Assembly: GCA_904063045.1 (NCBI GenBank)
Contig: CAJFCJ010000007.1
Coordinates: 3,169,404 to 3,233,403 of the forward strand
DNA: 64,000 nucleotides
DNA from: Dimorphilus gyrociliatus
Taxonomy: Eukaryota > Animalia > Annelida
Reading direction: 5' to 3'
Shown piece by piece: positions 53,743 to 64,000 of this stretch. A program made the position numbers and the translations under genes. The notes beneath the pieces are model-generated. The model did not search any database. It had not been told where the DNA came from and saw only the letters and a program-made list of their open reading frames with translations. Each line of letters starts with the position of its first letter. Positions within the stretch are counted from its first letter, which is position 1.

Positions 53743-55110
53743 TTACGTCGTATTCGTTACACTACTACTATCATTGTCTAATGTCTTTAAGAGACGAAAC
53801 AGTGATGCCGCTTCTCGAATACGTGAAAATTCTATACAGAACGCTTGCACCTCGATGAAAATGTCTTTAACGTTGACGATCTTGTTTCGAATAAGAGATT
53901 GTAGAAAAACACAAACGAGTCGAACTAAACGGTTCTGCATCAATTTATCCTTAATATTTTCGCACGTTGAAATGCAATTCGTTATGTACAGCTGTATAAA
54001 TTCAGCTGGTAAATCGACAGCAGTCGTTAGCCTATTAACTACCTCCATAGAATGCAATGACATATCCATATTAACCAAAACATTAAGATAATCTGCTATT
54101 TGACTTGATGACATTAACTTAATTAATATTTCTATTGATACTAATGGGTTATTCTCTACCAAATTTGGTAATTTTGTTGGCGTTAAACCCAATTGGAAAA
54201 CAATATTATCATCTTCTAATATAATCGCAACCAAAAGGTGTTGTTGAGGTAGAACTAAGGATCTTGTATAGGCTATAGAAAGTAGTCGTCTGGCCTCAGT
54301 CAGGAATTCTGTCGCTTCACATACTCCACCATGCCAGCAAAACTTTAAACTAGATGCTTCTCTTGGAATTATCATACTTAATTCGTCTATCCCTTTACTC
54401 ATAGGACAAACAGGTCGAATAAAGTGAGGTCCTACGCATTTATCCGCGTACAATAGTGATGGCGCCACTTCGGTATAAGAACTTTCTATGGTAGTTCCTG
54501 CCTCATCTGTTTCTGGTATTGAAACGATTAAAGGCATTGAGCTCTTGCTGATTGCATGCATTGCCGATTGTCGTTCCACAAGTGACAGTTGAAGACCACT
54601 CATATCTCCCATTTCTTCACTCTTTGAAGACTGTGAAATTATTTGTTCGGGCGTTTTCTTTCCTAGCTCCTTGGTTCCATTCGATATGAGTTTGGCAATA
54701 AAGTATTTTTCATGATCTGACACATCGGGAATAGCCCAATGAAAAACGGTGTTTGTGCCATCGTGACGCTCTGTAGGTGGACTATGCATATGAACAAACA
54801 CAGAGGCAAATGGATTCATTGCGACTGCTTCATTTTTATACATATCATATAACAAGTAGATCGCTGCCAATCGTTGACCAATTGATTTCAGAATATCTTT
54901 ATTTCGTAAAAGTAAGACTAAAGAGGTTCCAATTCGATAGGAATCTTGCTTATTGAAATGTTGATATAAAGATGAGGCGATCGTTTCAAATGTCTGACAC
55001 CGAACTGGATCCAAAGACAACACAGATAACAATGAGTTCAACTCTTTTATGGCCTTTGAATTCAAAGTGTGTTCACTCTGTCGTGAATCCTTCGTCACAA
55101 CGTCGGCCAT
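53743..55110 (-). CDS. CNOT11: CCR4-NOT subunit 11 (intronless)
   Basis: QRLAAIYLLYDMY..NPFASVF, HFIRP, GLTPTKLPNLVENNP, MSLHSMEVVNRL, QNRLVRLVCVFLQSLIRN, EFSRIREAASLFRLLK. Confidence 0.95.
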   Translation of the reverse strand: MADVVTKDSRQSEHTLNSKAIKELNSLLSVLSLDPVRCQTFETIASSLYQHFNKQDSYRIGTSLVLLLRNKDILKSIGQRLAAIYLLYDMYKNEAVAMNPFASVFVHMHSPPTERHDGTNTVFHWAIPDVSDHEKYFIAKLISNGTKELGKKTPEQIISQSSKSEEMGDMSGLQLSLVERQSAMHAISKSSMPLIVSIPETDEAGTTIESSYTEVAPSLLYADKCVGPHFIRPVCPMSKGIDELSMIIPREASSLKFCWHGGVCEATEFLTEARRLLSIAYTRSLVLPQQHLLVAIILEDDNIVFQLGLTPTKLPNLVENNPLVSIEILIKLMSSSQIADYLNVLVNMDMSLHSMEVVNRLTTAVDLPAEFIQLYITNCISTCENIKDKLMQNRLVRLVCVFLQSLIRNKIVNVKDIFIEVQAFCIEFSRIREAASLFRLLKTLDNDSSSVTNTT

Positions 55111-55489
55111 GCTTTAATATGCACAGAAAACCGTACGAATATCAATTTTACTGAGCAAGGCTGATTTTCTGTGTCGAAAACGGAAATGAATATTACCGAG
55201 ATTTTCGTACGAAGTATTTTAAAACGAAAAATTTCGAAAGTTAGGTTATTTTTATGCTGTGTCCTTATTTTTACTCTTAAAAGTATCATTGCTATTATAT
55301 GTGATGTGATGATGAGTACTCAAAAAATGCTTGTCTCTGGTCCTTTTATGACTCACTAATATAAGTACGGAATGCTATCCATACTACACTCCAAATAACC
55401 AATCAGCTTACCAGTTTATATATATATACACCACAAATTTTTTCAGACCCACTTTTTGGCACTTTTAAACTAAATGAATAGTTCACAAA

Positions 55490-56347
55490 ATGTCTAGCAA
55501 AGTTGCCATTGTTTTAGGTGCTTCAAGGGGAATTGGTCGTCAAATTGCGTTGACATTGGGAAGTCAACATCATGTAGTAGTAGCTGCTAAAACTGTTGAA
55601 GATAGTAACAATTTACCGGGTAATATACATAGTGTATGTTCAGAAATAAAAGCTGGAGGTGGTAGTGCCCTAGCCGTTAAATGCGACGTCACAAAAGAGT
55701 CCGACATATCAAATTTAATTCAAACAACAATTGCCCATTATGGAAAATTGGATGCCTTAGTATATAATGCTGGCGCTATTCTATGGAAAACAGTTGAAGA
55801 TACACCTTTAAAAAGGTATGACTTGATGAACGCTGTTAATGGCCGAGGAGCATATATTGCTGTCCAAGAATGCATGCCATACTTTCGTCAGCAAAATTCT
55901 GGGAAAATTATTTTGGTTTCACAACCAATTTATTCTCGATTTTTTCGCGGAAAAACGCCATATGCTATGACAAAAACAGCAATGACAGTTTTAACTATGG
56001 GACTTGGAATTGAGCTGGAGGGTTCGAACATTTCTATAACTTCACTCTGGCCAGCTACTGTTGTTGAAAGTTTTGTTACAGCTAAGATGGGCGTTCCTAA
56101 TGAAATGATGAGAAAATCGACTGTATTTGCTGACGCTACTAAACTTCTTGTGGATGAGCCGACTCAGAAATACAATGGTAAAGTTCTTCTGGATGAAGAT
56201 ATCTTACGCGATAATGGCGTTACAGATTTCACAAAATACAGATGCGACCCTAATCAAGAGCCAGCTAGAATGATGCCAAAAAATTTCCCTGATTTATCGG
56301 TAGCTAAGCAAGAAGAACAAATGACCGGATTTAAATCCAATTTATAA
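55490..56347 (+). CDS. Short-chain dehydrogenase/reductase, HSDL2-like without SCP2 domain (intronless)
   Basis: GASRGIG NAD(P) motif, AAKT..LPG, NAGA, catalytic YAMTK, LWPAT, DEDIL; C-terminus SNL. Confidence 0.88.
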   Translation: MSSKVAIVLGASRGIGRQIALTLGSQHHVVVAAKTVEDSNNLPGNIHSVCSEIKAGGGSALAVKCDVTKESDISNLIQTTIAHYGKLDALVYNAGAILWKTVEDTPLKRYDLMNAVNGRGAYIAVQECMPYFRQQNSGKIILVSQPIYSRFFRGKTPYAMTKTAMTVLTMGLGIELEGSNISITSLWPATVVESFVTAKMGVPNEMMRKSTVFADATKLLVDEPTQKYNGKVLLDEDILRDNGVTDFTKYRCDPNQEPARMMPKNFPDLSVAKQEEQMTGFKSNL

Positions 56348-57392
56348 ATCGAACAATATACATTATGACGTCATAGAATATATTTATTCAATTGACACGA
56401 GATTCAATTTTCTTTCAATGTAAACGTTTCGACAATTGTTCGATGATAAAAAAAGCTTACTTTTATATTTCTTTTCTTTCTTCTAAACTAACTTAAACTC
56501 CCAAATTACATGTAAAGTAATAAGATTATCTTAATTGATATATCTACTCAAGTACTTTTAATTAATTTACATTAGTTAAATATCTTCCATTTGTTAAATA
56601 TTTTATAAATCTAGAGTCCTGTACTCTATAAAAGACGACAAAATAATAATTTATTACATTCATCTTTTTCCCCTTTTGCGTCTATGAATATAAGTAATCA
56701 GACTTTTCAATATTTTTTTCATATATCACAAAAGAAGATAATTCTGTTCTTAGGATAATACATTGAATAGGATTACTAATCAGCCGACTGCAATGCGCGC
56801 AAGTCTCAATACACAATATTTCATATAGATGAAATAAAAAACAAATAACTCTAAGGATATGTTTAGATGGACGACCTAGTCGAATTTCACACGCGTCTAT
56901 TTATATATATGTTTGTCAAGAACATTAGGAAAATAACTTTTGATGAATCATCTAAAGAATGATAAGTAATGGAAAGCCATACAAAGTTTGTAGGTTAAGT
57001 AGACCCTTGAATCGTGTTCTTTCTATTATTTTACTAATTTTATTTCTAGCTGTCATCGAACATTGAAAACGTTTTTATTCTTTAATAAAAGATTGTTTAA
57101 GGCAAACGCGAAAAGGTATTAACAAGAATATTTTGTATTTCAAATGATAGAATTACATCTTTAAAACTCTCTTTTTTTGTTTTGATATATAAAATTTAAA
57201 TTTGCTCATCTTTACTTGTTCCTTTTACTCTATTTACTTCCCTTTCCCAACAGTGCTGTCCAGATTTCTTTTATGTCACCTTACCCGCATTTTTTTCAAA
57301 CCCTCCCCAAAGAAAGTAGTAATGCTTCGTATGAGATTGGAAAGTTTTGAGACTAGGATGATCAAAATATGTTGTTAATGAGACTTAACACC

Positions 57393-59154
57393 TTAGGTTA
57401 TAACATCGTCATAAGAATTCGGTCTTCTCCTATAGGGATCCATATCATCTGGTAAGTCTAAACTCCAATTTCGATGTGGTTTGTCGGCATCTTCGTCAAA
57501 TTCGTCTATTGTTGGATGGTTACTTCGCCCTTTGCTTGAATACGAATTCTCATAATCGTATTGACGGGGAGTATCATAGTCATCTTGTCCTATTTTGTTA
57601 TTTTTTAGTCTAAAGCGTCCTTTTTTCTTCTTTTTCTTACTGCGAGCCGAATCTGCACCGTCACTTTCATCTATATGAAGTGGCTCTAATTGACGTGGTG
57701 GTACTATACTTCGAGATTTAGTTAATGGTAAACCGGAAGAGTGATTTAAAGGAGGAGGAGTGGATGATCTTCTCCTTAACATTTCATCACTTCCGAAAGG
57801 CCTATTTCTAGGAGAGTAGTTCTAAAAAGAGGGAAGCAAATAATTACGTATTTAAACCCTATGGAGCAAGTATTGATTTTGTTCCATTATATAAGAGTTG
57901 AAATTAATGTACCTCTTTGTGTTGAGAGCGTCGCTTAAAAGAATCCTTCCTACGTGAATAATCGGGTGAATCAAGACGTGTATCTTCGTCGTCATCATCT
58001 CTAAAGCCATTAGTTTCTCTCTCTCTAGCCTCTCTGCAAAATTATCAGTAATTAGAATCTTTCGCGGATTCACTAATATAATTTAAGACTACACCTTTCC
58101 TCTTTATTTAATCGAGCACGAGCTTTTTTCTCTTCAAATTTCCTAGCTTCCTCGGCCTTATGTTCTTCATTTTGTCTTTTAACTCGTGAATCAAGATCCT
58201 CCCATCTTTGATGAATTATTGCAATCATCCAACAAAGTCCCTGTTTTTATTTTAAAAGACTTTACTTTAAATTATTAAACAGTATTCTAAAAGCTTCACT
58301 TTGTAGATTGCAGGATCGACTTTTTTTCCAGTTCCATACGATATTGCACTACATAGTTCAATTCTACTTGGACATTTCACTTTGAAAACAGTATCCTCCA
58401 CATGTAATGCAGTGCAAATGTCCATTTCATCCATTGCTCCTGCTTTATCTTGTTTATTGGCTAAACTGTATGAAAGTAGAGGAGATTGTTTTTTATTTGG
58501 GTGGAAACCTAATACATTATAGTACACATACAATAAGATCGGTTTTTCGCGTACTCTCTGATCTCTCAGTAATTCATTTAATACCTCTCGGCATTCTGTT
58601 ACTCTTTCTGAGTCACTGGCATCAATCACAAATATTATACCATAAATTTCAGAAAGGTAATTTTTCCAAATACTTCTAACTCTCTTTCCTCCTCCTAAGT
58701 CCATTAATCTATGTAACAATTGAATAACATAATTAATAGTTTTCTTTTAAGTGTAATAATTATTGACAAGAAAAAATTATGAATTATATATTTACTTTAT
58801 CTGTTGTTTACCAATCTTAAAGTCGTTGTTGCTAAAACCAACAGTAGGCGCAGGATTATGGTCTTTTTCCCCTGATAAGCCAGTTGACATGACTGTTTTC
58901 CCTGCATTGTCAAGACCCAACACGGCAATAGGAAGTGCCCTATAAATGATCAATAAAAATAAATATTTTTAAATAACCTTATAAATTCTTTATTGATAAG
59001 TAGTCTCTATCTATCTGGACGGTTGTTTGTTTACTAGCATGCATTGAAAGAGAACGTAACGACAAGAAAAAACATAAGAGTACATGTTATCTTACTTAGT
59101 AACAGCTTCTCTGTTCCCTTCTCGGCGACAGCAAGTATAACAGAGGCTAAACAT
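57393..59154 (-). CDS. ARL13B: ADP-ribosylation factor-like 13B (ciliary GTPase)
   Basis: MFSLCYTCC (palmitoylation site), LGLDNAGKT, APTVGF, DLGGGKRVRSIWKNY, LANKQDK, then a coiled coil and Pro-rich tail. Confidence 0.93.
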
Positions 59155-59442
59155 GACCACTTTGAGTCAAAAAACGTTACTCTTTCTCGAAAAATTAATA
59201 CGTATCAAAGTAGGTGAAAAGATACTTCTAAAACGTGATGGAATGTTACGAAAAATCTTGAAGTATCGCTCAAAGGAGTAATAAAATTAAGAAGGAAACA
59301 AATATGTGCTCAAATACGAACTGTCGATTAGCCTTGTGCGATAATTCGGATTTACAGTTTCCCATTATTTCATCCTCGGTTCTAACACTCCTAAAACCGT
59401 TCGAGTGGCTTTCTGTTTATGTCGAGGTGTTACAGCGCCATA

Positions 59443-59456
59443 TTTGTTATGGCAAC
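59443..59456 (+). promoter_or_regulatory. Degenerate RFX X-box in the ARL13B/TARS1 shared promoter
   Basis: TTTGTTATGGCAAC has a perfect ATGGCAAC half-site, ~290 nt upstream of the ARL13B ATG. Confidence 0.35.
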
Positions 59457-59514
59457 GAGTAAACGGTTTCAAACGGTCACATATCCTGAAACCGCTCGTA
59501 CATGCGTATAAAAT

Positions 59515-62500
59515 ATGGCTGCCAACGTGGAGAAACCGCTGAAAAGCATGAGTTTGGATGACGCGAAAAAGGCACGAGTCTTTTAATTGTTGAATTTCTA
59601 AGGAGTTAAAGATTCGATATTTATGCTTTTTCGCTCATTATCGCGTTATTTTCATCGGATAGGATCCTTTAGTTTTCGGGCAATGAGTTCGGTTCGTTCG
59701 ATTTCCTACGTTTTCATCAAATATCAAAATCGATCAAACCCTATATTTTACTCCTAGACTTAAATCCTTTCATTAATTCGAAATATTAGTGGAATTTGAT
59801 TAATATCATTGTTTTATTATGCTTTGCCCGTCTCACATTTTTCCCCAATTACTTCGTTCGTTTTCTACTCTATACTATAGGATTTGGTTTTATTTCTTTG
59901 TTTTTTAAAGATATCATTAATTATCAAGGTCGGAATAATGCCTGAAAATACTTTGTACACTTAGAAAGCTTTTAGTATATTTGATAATCTTTAATTACTC
60001 TTGACTACTGATTGCATCATATATTGCGTCAGAATGACTGTTATATAAGATGAATTTTACCTATTTACTTTATTCATTTGTGCATAGAGTTTTGGCTTTA
60101 ATAGCTGTTAATTACATACAAGATGAGTTTAGAACATTGCTTTGCGCAAATAGAGGTATTTAACAAAATTAGCGTTTCTAACAGGGGAAAAAGCTAAAGT
60201 GCAGACTTATACTTTTAATATAAATCCATGTTTACCATTTTCACTTTATTGAATTGAATAGGTAAAAATTTTTTTTGTACAGGGTGGAGAGGTTAAGCAG
60301 TCTTTCCCGACTGAAGTAAGTAAACTCTATGAATATTTTATGTATACTTTATTAACATAAGTCTTAAATCCATAGATGAACCCCCCACCGGAGTATCTTA
60401 GCGAAAGGCTGCAATTGTGGGACAGGTTGAAAAAAGAGCACGATGAATGGATCTTAAAACAAGATCAAAAAGATATAACTGTTACTTTACCAGACGGCAA
60501 GCAAATTCCTGGTAAATCATGGAAAACTACGCCTTACGAAGTTGCAGCTTCTATAAGGTAATTTATATTTACGAATAGTAAAATAATAGCTAATCTTAAA
60601 ATAGGTAATCTTATAGAAATATAACTTGAAAAAGCTATTATTTTCTGTTATTAAATAGCATTATTATTATACTAGTATTATGCAATCATCCTATCTCTCC
60701 TTTTATATTAAAGATTTCTGGTTAAACAATTTTTATTTTGTAATAAAATTTATGTGCTAAAGTCAAGAGATTATATATTAATAATTAACACAGCAAAGGC
60801 CTAGCCGATAATACAGTTGTAGCGAAAGTAAACGATCAACTATGGGATTTAGATAGACCTTTTGAAGGCGATAGCTCTTTAAAACTTTTAAAGTTTGATG
60901 ACAAAGAGGGAGAATACGTATTTTGGCACTCGAGTGCTCATATGTTAGGGGAAGCTATGGAAAGACATTACGGTGGATGCTTATGTTACGGCCCTCCGAT
61001 TGAAGAAGGTTTGTTTCTTCTGTTGCGTAGCTATTCGACTACAAATACATTGTAGTTCCATATTTGTTTGCATGACATACTATAATCTATTGCCAAACAA
61101 TGATGTACATTAGAATTTACTATCAATTAGAATTATTAAACAATAGTAATATTTATGTTATTTATTCCAATTAGGTTTCTACTACGATATGTTTATTGAT
61201 AGTAGACAAGTTTCGCCTAACGACTTCAAGCACTTAGATACAATCATTAAGGGAATTCAAAAGGAGAAGCAACCATTTGAAAGGCTAGAAATGAAGAAGG
61301 AAGACTTGTTAGAAATGTTTAAATACAACCAATTTAAACATAGAATTATAAAGGAGAAAATAAATACTCCTACTACTACTGTCTACCGATGTGGTCCCTT
61401 GATTGATTTATGCAGGGGTCCCCATGTTAGACATACTGGTAAAGTTAAGGCTCTTGCTATTCATAAGGTACTTAGATAATGACTTGTTAAATCATTGATG
61501 TTGTATTCATTTCCTTATTTTTTAAAAATTGAATATTGATAGAATTCGTCTACTTATTGGCAAGGAGACTCGAACGCTGAAACTCTACAGAGAATCTATG
61601 GCATTAGTTTTCCCGACAGTAAACAATTAAAGGAATGGGTTAAGTTTCAGGAAGAAGCCAAGAAAAGAGATCACAGGAGACTTGGCAAAGTAATCTATAA
61701 TATTTATATATAATTTTTGTTGTTGATTGAACTTTTTTTCCAATCAGGAACAAGAGTTGTTTTTCTTCCACGAATTGAGCCCTGGTAGTTGTTTCTTCTT
61801 GCCTAAAGGAACTTTTATTTACAATACTTTGATGGAATTTATAAAGGTTCTTAAATTATTATAATAGATTTTATAATAATGCTTTTATCATTTGACTATA
61901 TATAGGAAGAATACTGGAAAAGAGGTTTTCAGGAGGTGGTCTCACCAAATATGTATAATGTTAAACTGTGGGAACAATCAGGTCACTGGCAACATTATGC
62001 TGTAAGTTATCATTAAAATATTATGTATAAATAGAATATAGATCTTTCGAATAATGGATAATTGATATACTATATAATATGCTGATTACTAATTACTGAT
62101 ATATTCTTTGTTCCATATAAAAGGACAATATGTTCCACGTAGACGTTGAAAAAGAAAAGTTTGCTTTAAAACCAATGAATTGCCCAGGTCACTGGTAAGA
62201 ATAATATATTCTCATATAGATTTATACGAAATAAGTGTCGCGTAAGATTTTATAAATCCATTTCCTATTCTAGTTTGATGTTTGATGTTCGTCCAAGATC
62301 TTGGAAGGAACTTCCATTAAGATTAGCTGATTTTGGAGTCCTGCATAGAAACGAACTGTCTGGTGCTCTATCTGGTCTCACTAGAGTTAGACGATTTCAA
62401 CAGGATGATGCTCATATCTTCTGTCGACCAGATCAAATCAAGGAGGAGATAAACGGTTGCCTTGATTTTTTGAAAAGCATTTACGATGTTTTTGGATTTA

Positions 62501-63323
62501 CATTCCACTTGAACTTATCTACCAGACCCGAAAAGTTTCTAGGAGAAATTAGTATGTGGGATGAAGCCGAAAAGCAGTTGGAGGAGAGCTTAAATAGCTT
62601 TGGTGCAAAGTGGGACTTTAATCCTGGAGATGGTGCGTTTTACGGACCAAAAATCGATATTACGATCAAAGATGCTTTGAAGAGATCGCATCAATGCGCA
62701 ACTATTCAGTTAGACTTCCAGCTTCCGATTAGGTTTAATTTATCATATGCCAGGTTGGTTATTATTACAGTCTGACGTACTTTTTAGATTTAAATATCTT
62801 GATATTTCTTAGTGGTGAAGGTCAAAACGAAACCAAACCAGTTATGATTCACAGAGCAATTTTGGGTTCTGTTGAAAGAATGATTGCTATTTTATGTGAA
62901 AACTATGCTGGAAAATGGCCATTCTGGCTATCACCAAGACAATGCCTTATTGTTCCAATTGGACCTGTTTTTGATGAATATGCAAAGTTCGTTGGTAAGA
63001 GTATTCGCGATGCTGGATTTCAATGCGAAGTTGATTTAGACGACGGTACTACAATGAATAAGAAAATAAGAAATGGACAATTATCTCAATTCAACTTCAT
63101 TCTTGGTATGGAAGAACACATATTACATGTAGATGAGTCTTCATTATCTATCTAAAAATTATTTCTATTTTCAGTTGTCGGTCAAAAGGAGAAGGACAAC
63201 AATACTGTTAACGTTAGAACCAGAGATAACAAAGTTCATGGAGAGAGGTCAATTGAAGAAGTTATCGAGAGATTTAAGGAATTTAAGAAGACTAGGATTC
63301 TTGATGCAGAAGAAAAATTCTAA
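59515..63323 (+). CDS. TARS1: Threonyl-tRNA synthetase with alternative cytosolic (59515-59571) and mitochondrial (59623-59691) first exons
   Basis: TGS domain [87 protein letters not shown]. Confidence 0.97.
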
Positions 63324-64000
63324 AGAAAAAACACCATGTCAGCCTAATTATTAAACTTTTATCATTAATAACTATTCTAAGAAAGTGAAAAAAATAACAA
63401 CAAAGTATTTCCTATATGAATTGAGATTCCAACTAACCAATTTTCTATTTCTCTTCTTACCAACCATTGCTTAGGTTGCGATTTAAATGAACAACAGAAA
63501 CATTACGATCATTTAATTAAATTTTCCTGGAAATACTTTCTGTTTTCTTTTCCTTTTCTTTTGGGAATTAATAAAAGTATGCACATGGAATAAAAGTTTA
63601 ACGTGGAGTGGTTATAAATCTAAATTATTTTTTTAAACTCGTATAAATAATATATCTATAAATAGCTCCATAAGAATATTATAATTAGGATAGAGGGTAC
63701 TAAAAAAATTAAATTACTCTAACTCTAGTTGGTTAATTTTTAAGTCACCTGAGTATGGAGATAGTTATCGCAGCCTATCTTAAACGAAATTGCCGACCTT
63801 GACACTACAAAAACTGGTTGAACATTTTAGTTCGATGCTAAGTAGAACTTCATAATCGCAAACATTAATATAGTCTGCAACTAAATTTGGTGTTTAAGAC
63901 TTTCGATTGTGATATTATTTGGAGAATTTAGGTTTTTTGTTTTTAGGAAAGAGTCAGAGTGCTATGCTTTAAGCATTATTGTCATTCGCTCACGTGGAAG

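Noticed and set aside
56690-56905. GC-richer patch with a minus-strand frame containing CAHC (zinc-finger-like)
   Set aside because: No start codon, no completed LIM/RING pattern and no consistent splice chain. It is probably 3'UTR.

Overview
This is eukaryotic (animal) nuclear DNA: AT-rich and very gene-dense, with about 26 protein-coding genes in 64 kb and mostly 55-70 nt GT-AG introns. A scallop-type troponin C and the extreme compaction suggest a small-genome lophotrochozoan, for example a Dimorphilus-like annelid; this is inference, not shown. Genes in order: BTAF1 (partial, -), hnRNP H/F (+), TIMM8 (-), FTSJ3 (+), MLST8 (+), troponin C (+), WDR55 (-), PGAP2-like A (+), ATG13 (-), orphan 2-TM protein (+), synaptogyrin (-), PGAP2-like B (+), TSP1/EGF receptor (+), CEP41 (+), PAXIP1-like (+), orphan coiled-coil (+), TMED2-like (-), KARS1 (-), orphan GR-repeat protein (+), KMO (+), DDX23 (+), calcitonin/DH31-type GPCR (+), CNOT11 (-), HSDL2-like SDR (+), ARL13B (-), TARS1 (+). 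No rRNA, tRNA, CRISPR array or intact transposon was recognised. The most interesting signals sit in the few unusually long introns and in alternative 5' exons. (1) The hnRNP H gene carries a candidate autoregulatory splicing switch: a 139-nt frameshifting exon with a GTGGGGGG donor, plus an intronic G-quadruplex overlapping a cryptic poison exon. (2) CEP41 has a candidate 3-nt microexon. (3) Both TARS1 (with a GC donor) and KARS1 have hidden mitochondrial-presequence exons. There is also an unexplained, potentially structured ~240-nt block upstream of ATG13. All exon models were built by eye, and homologue sequences were compared from memory, not by database search.
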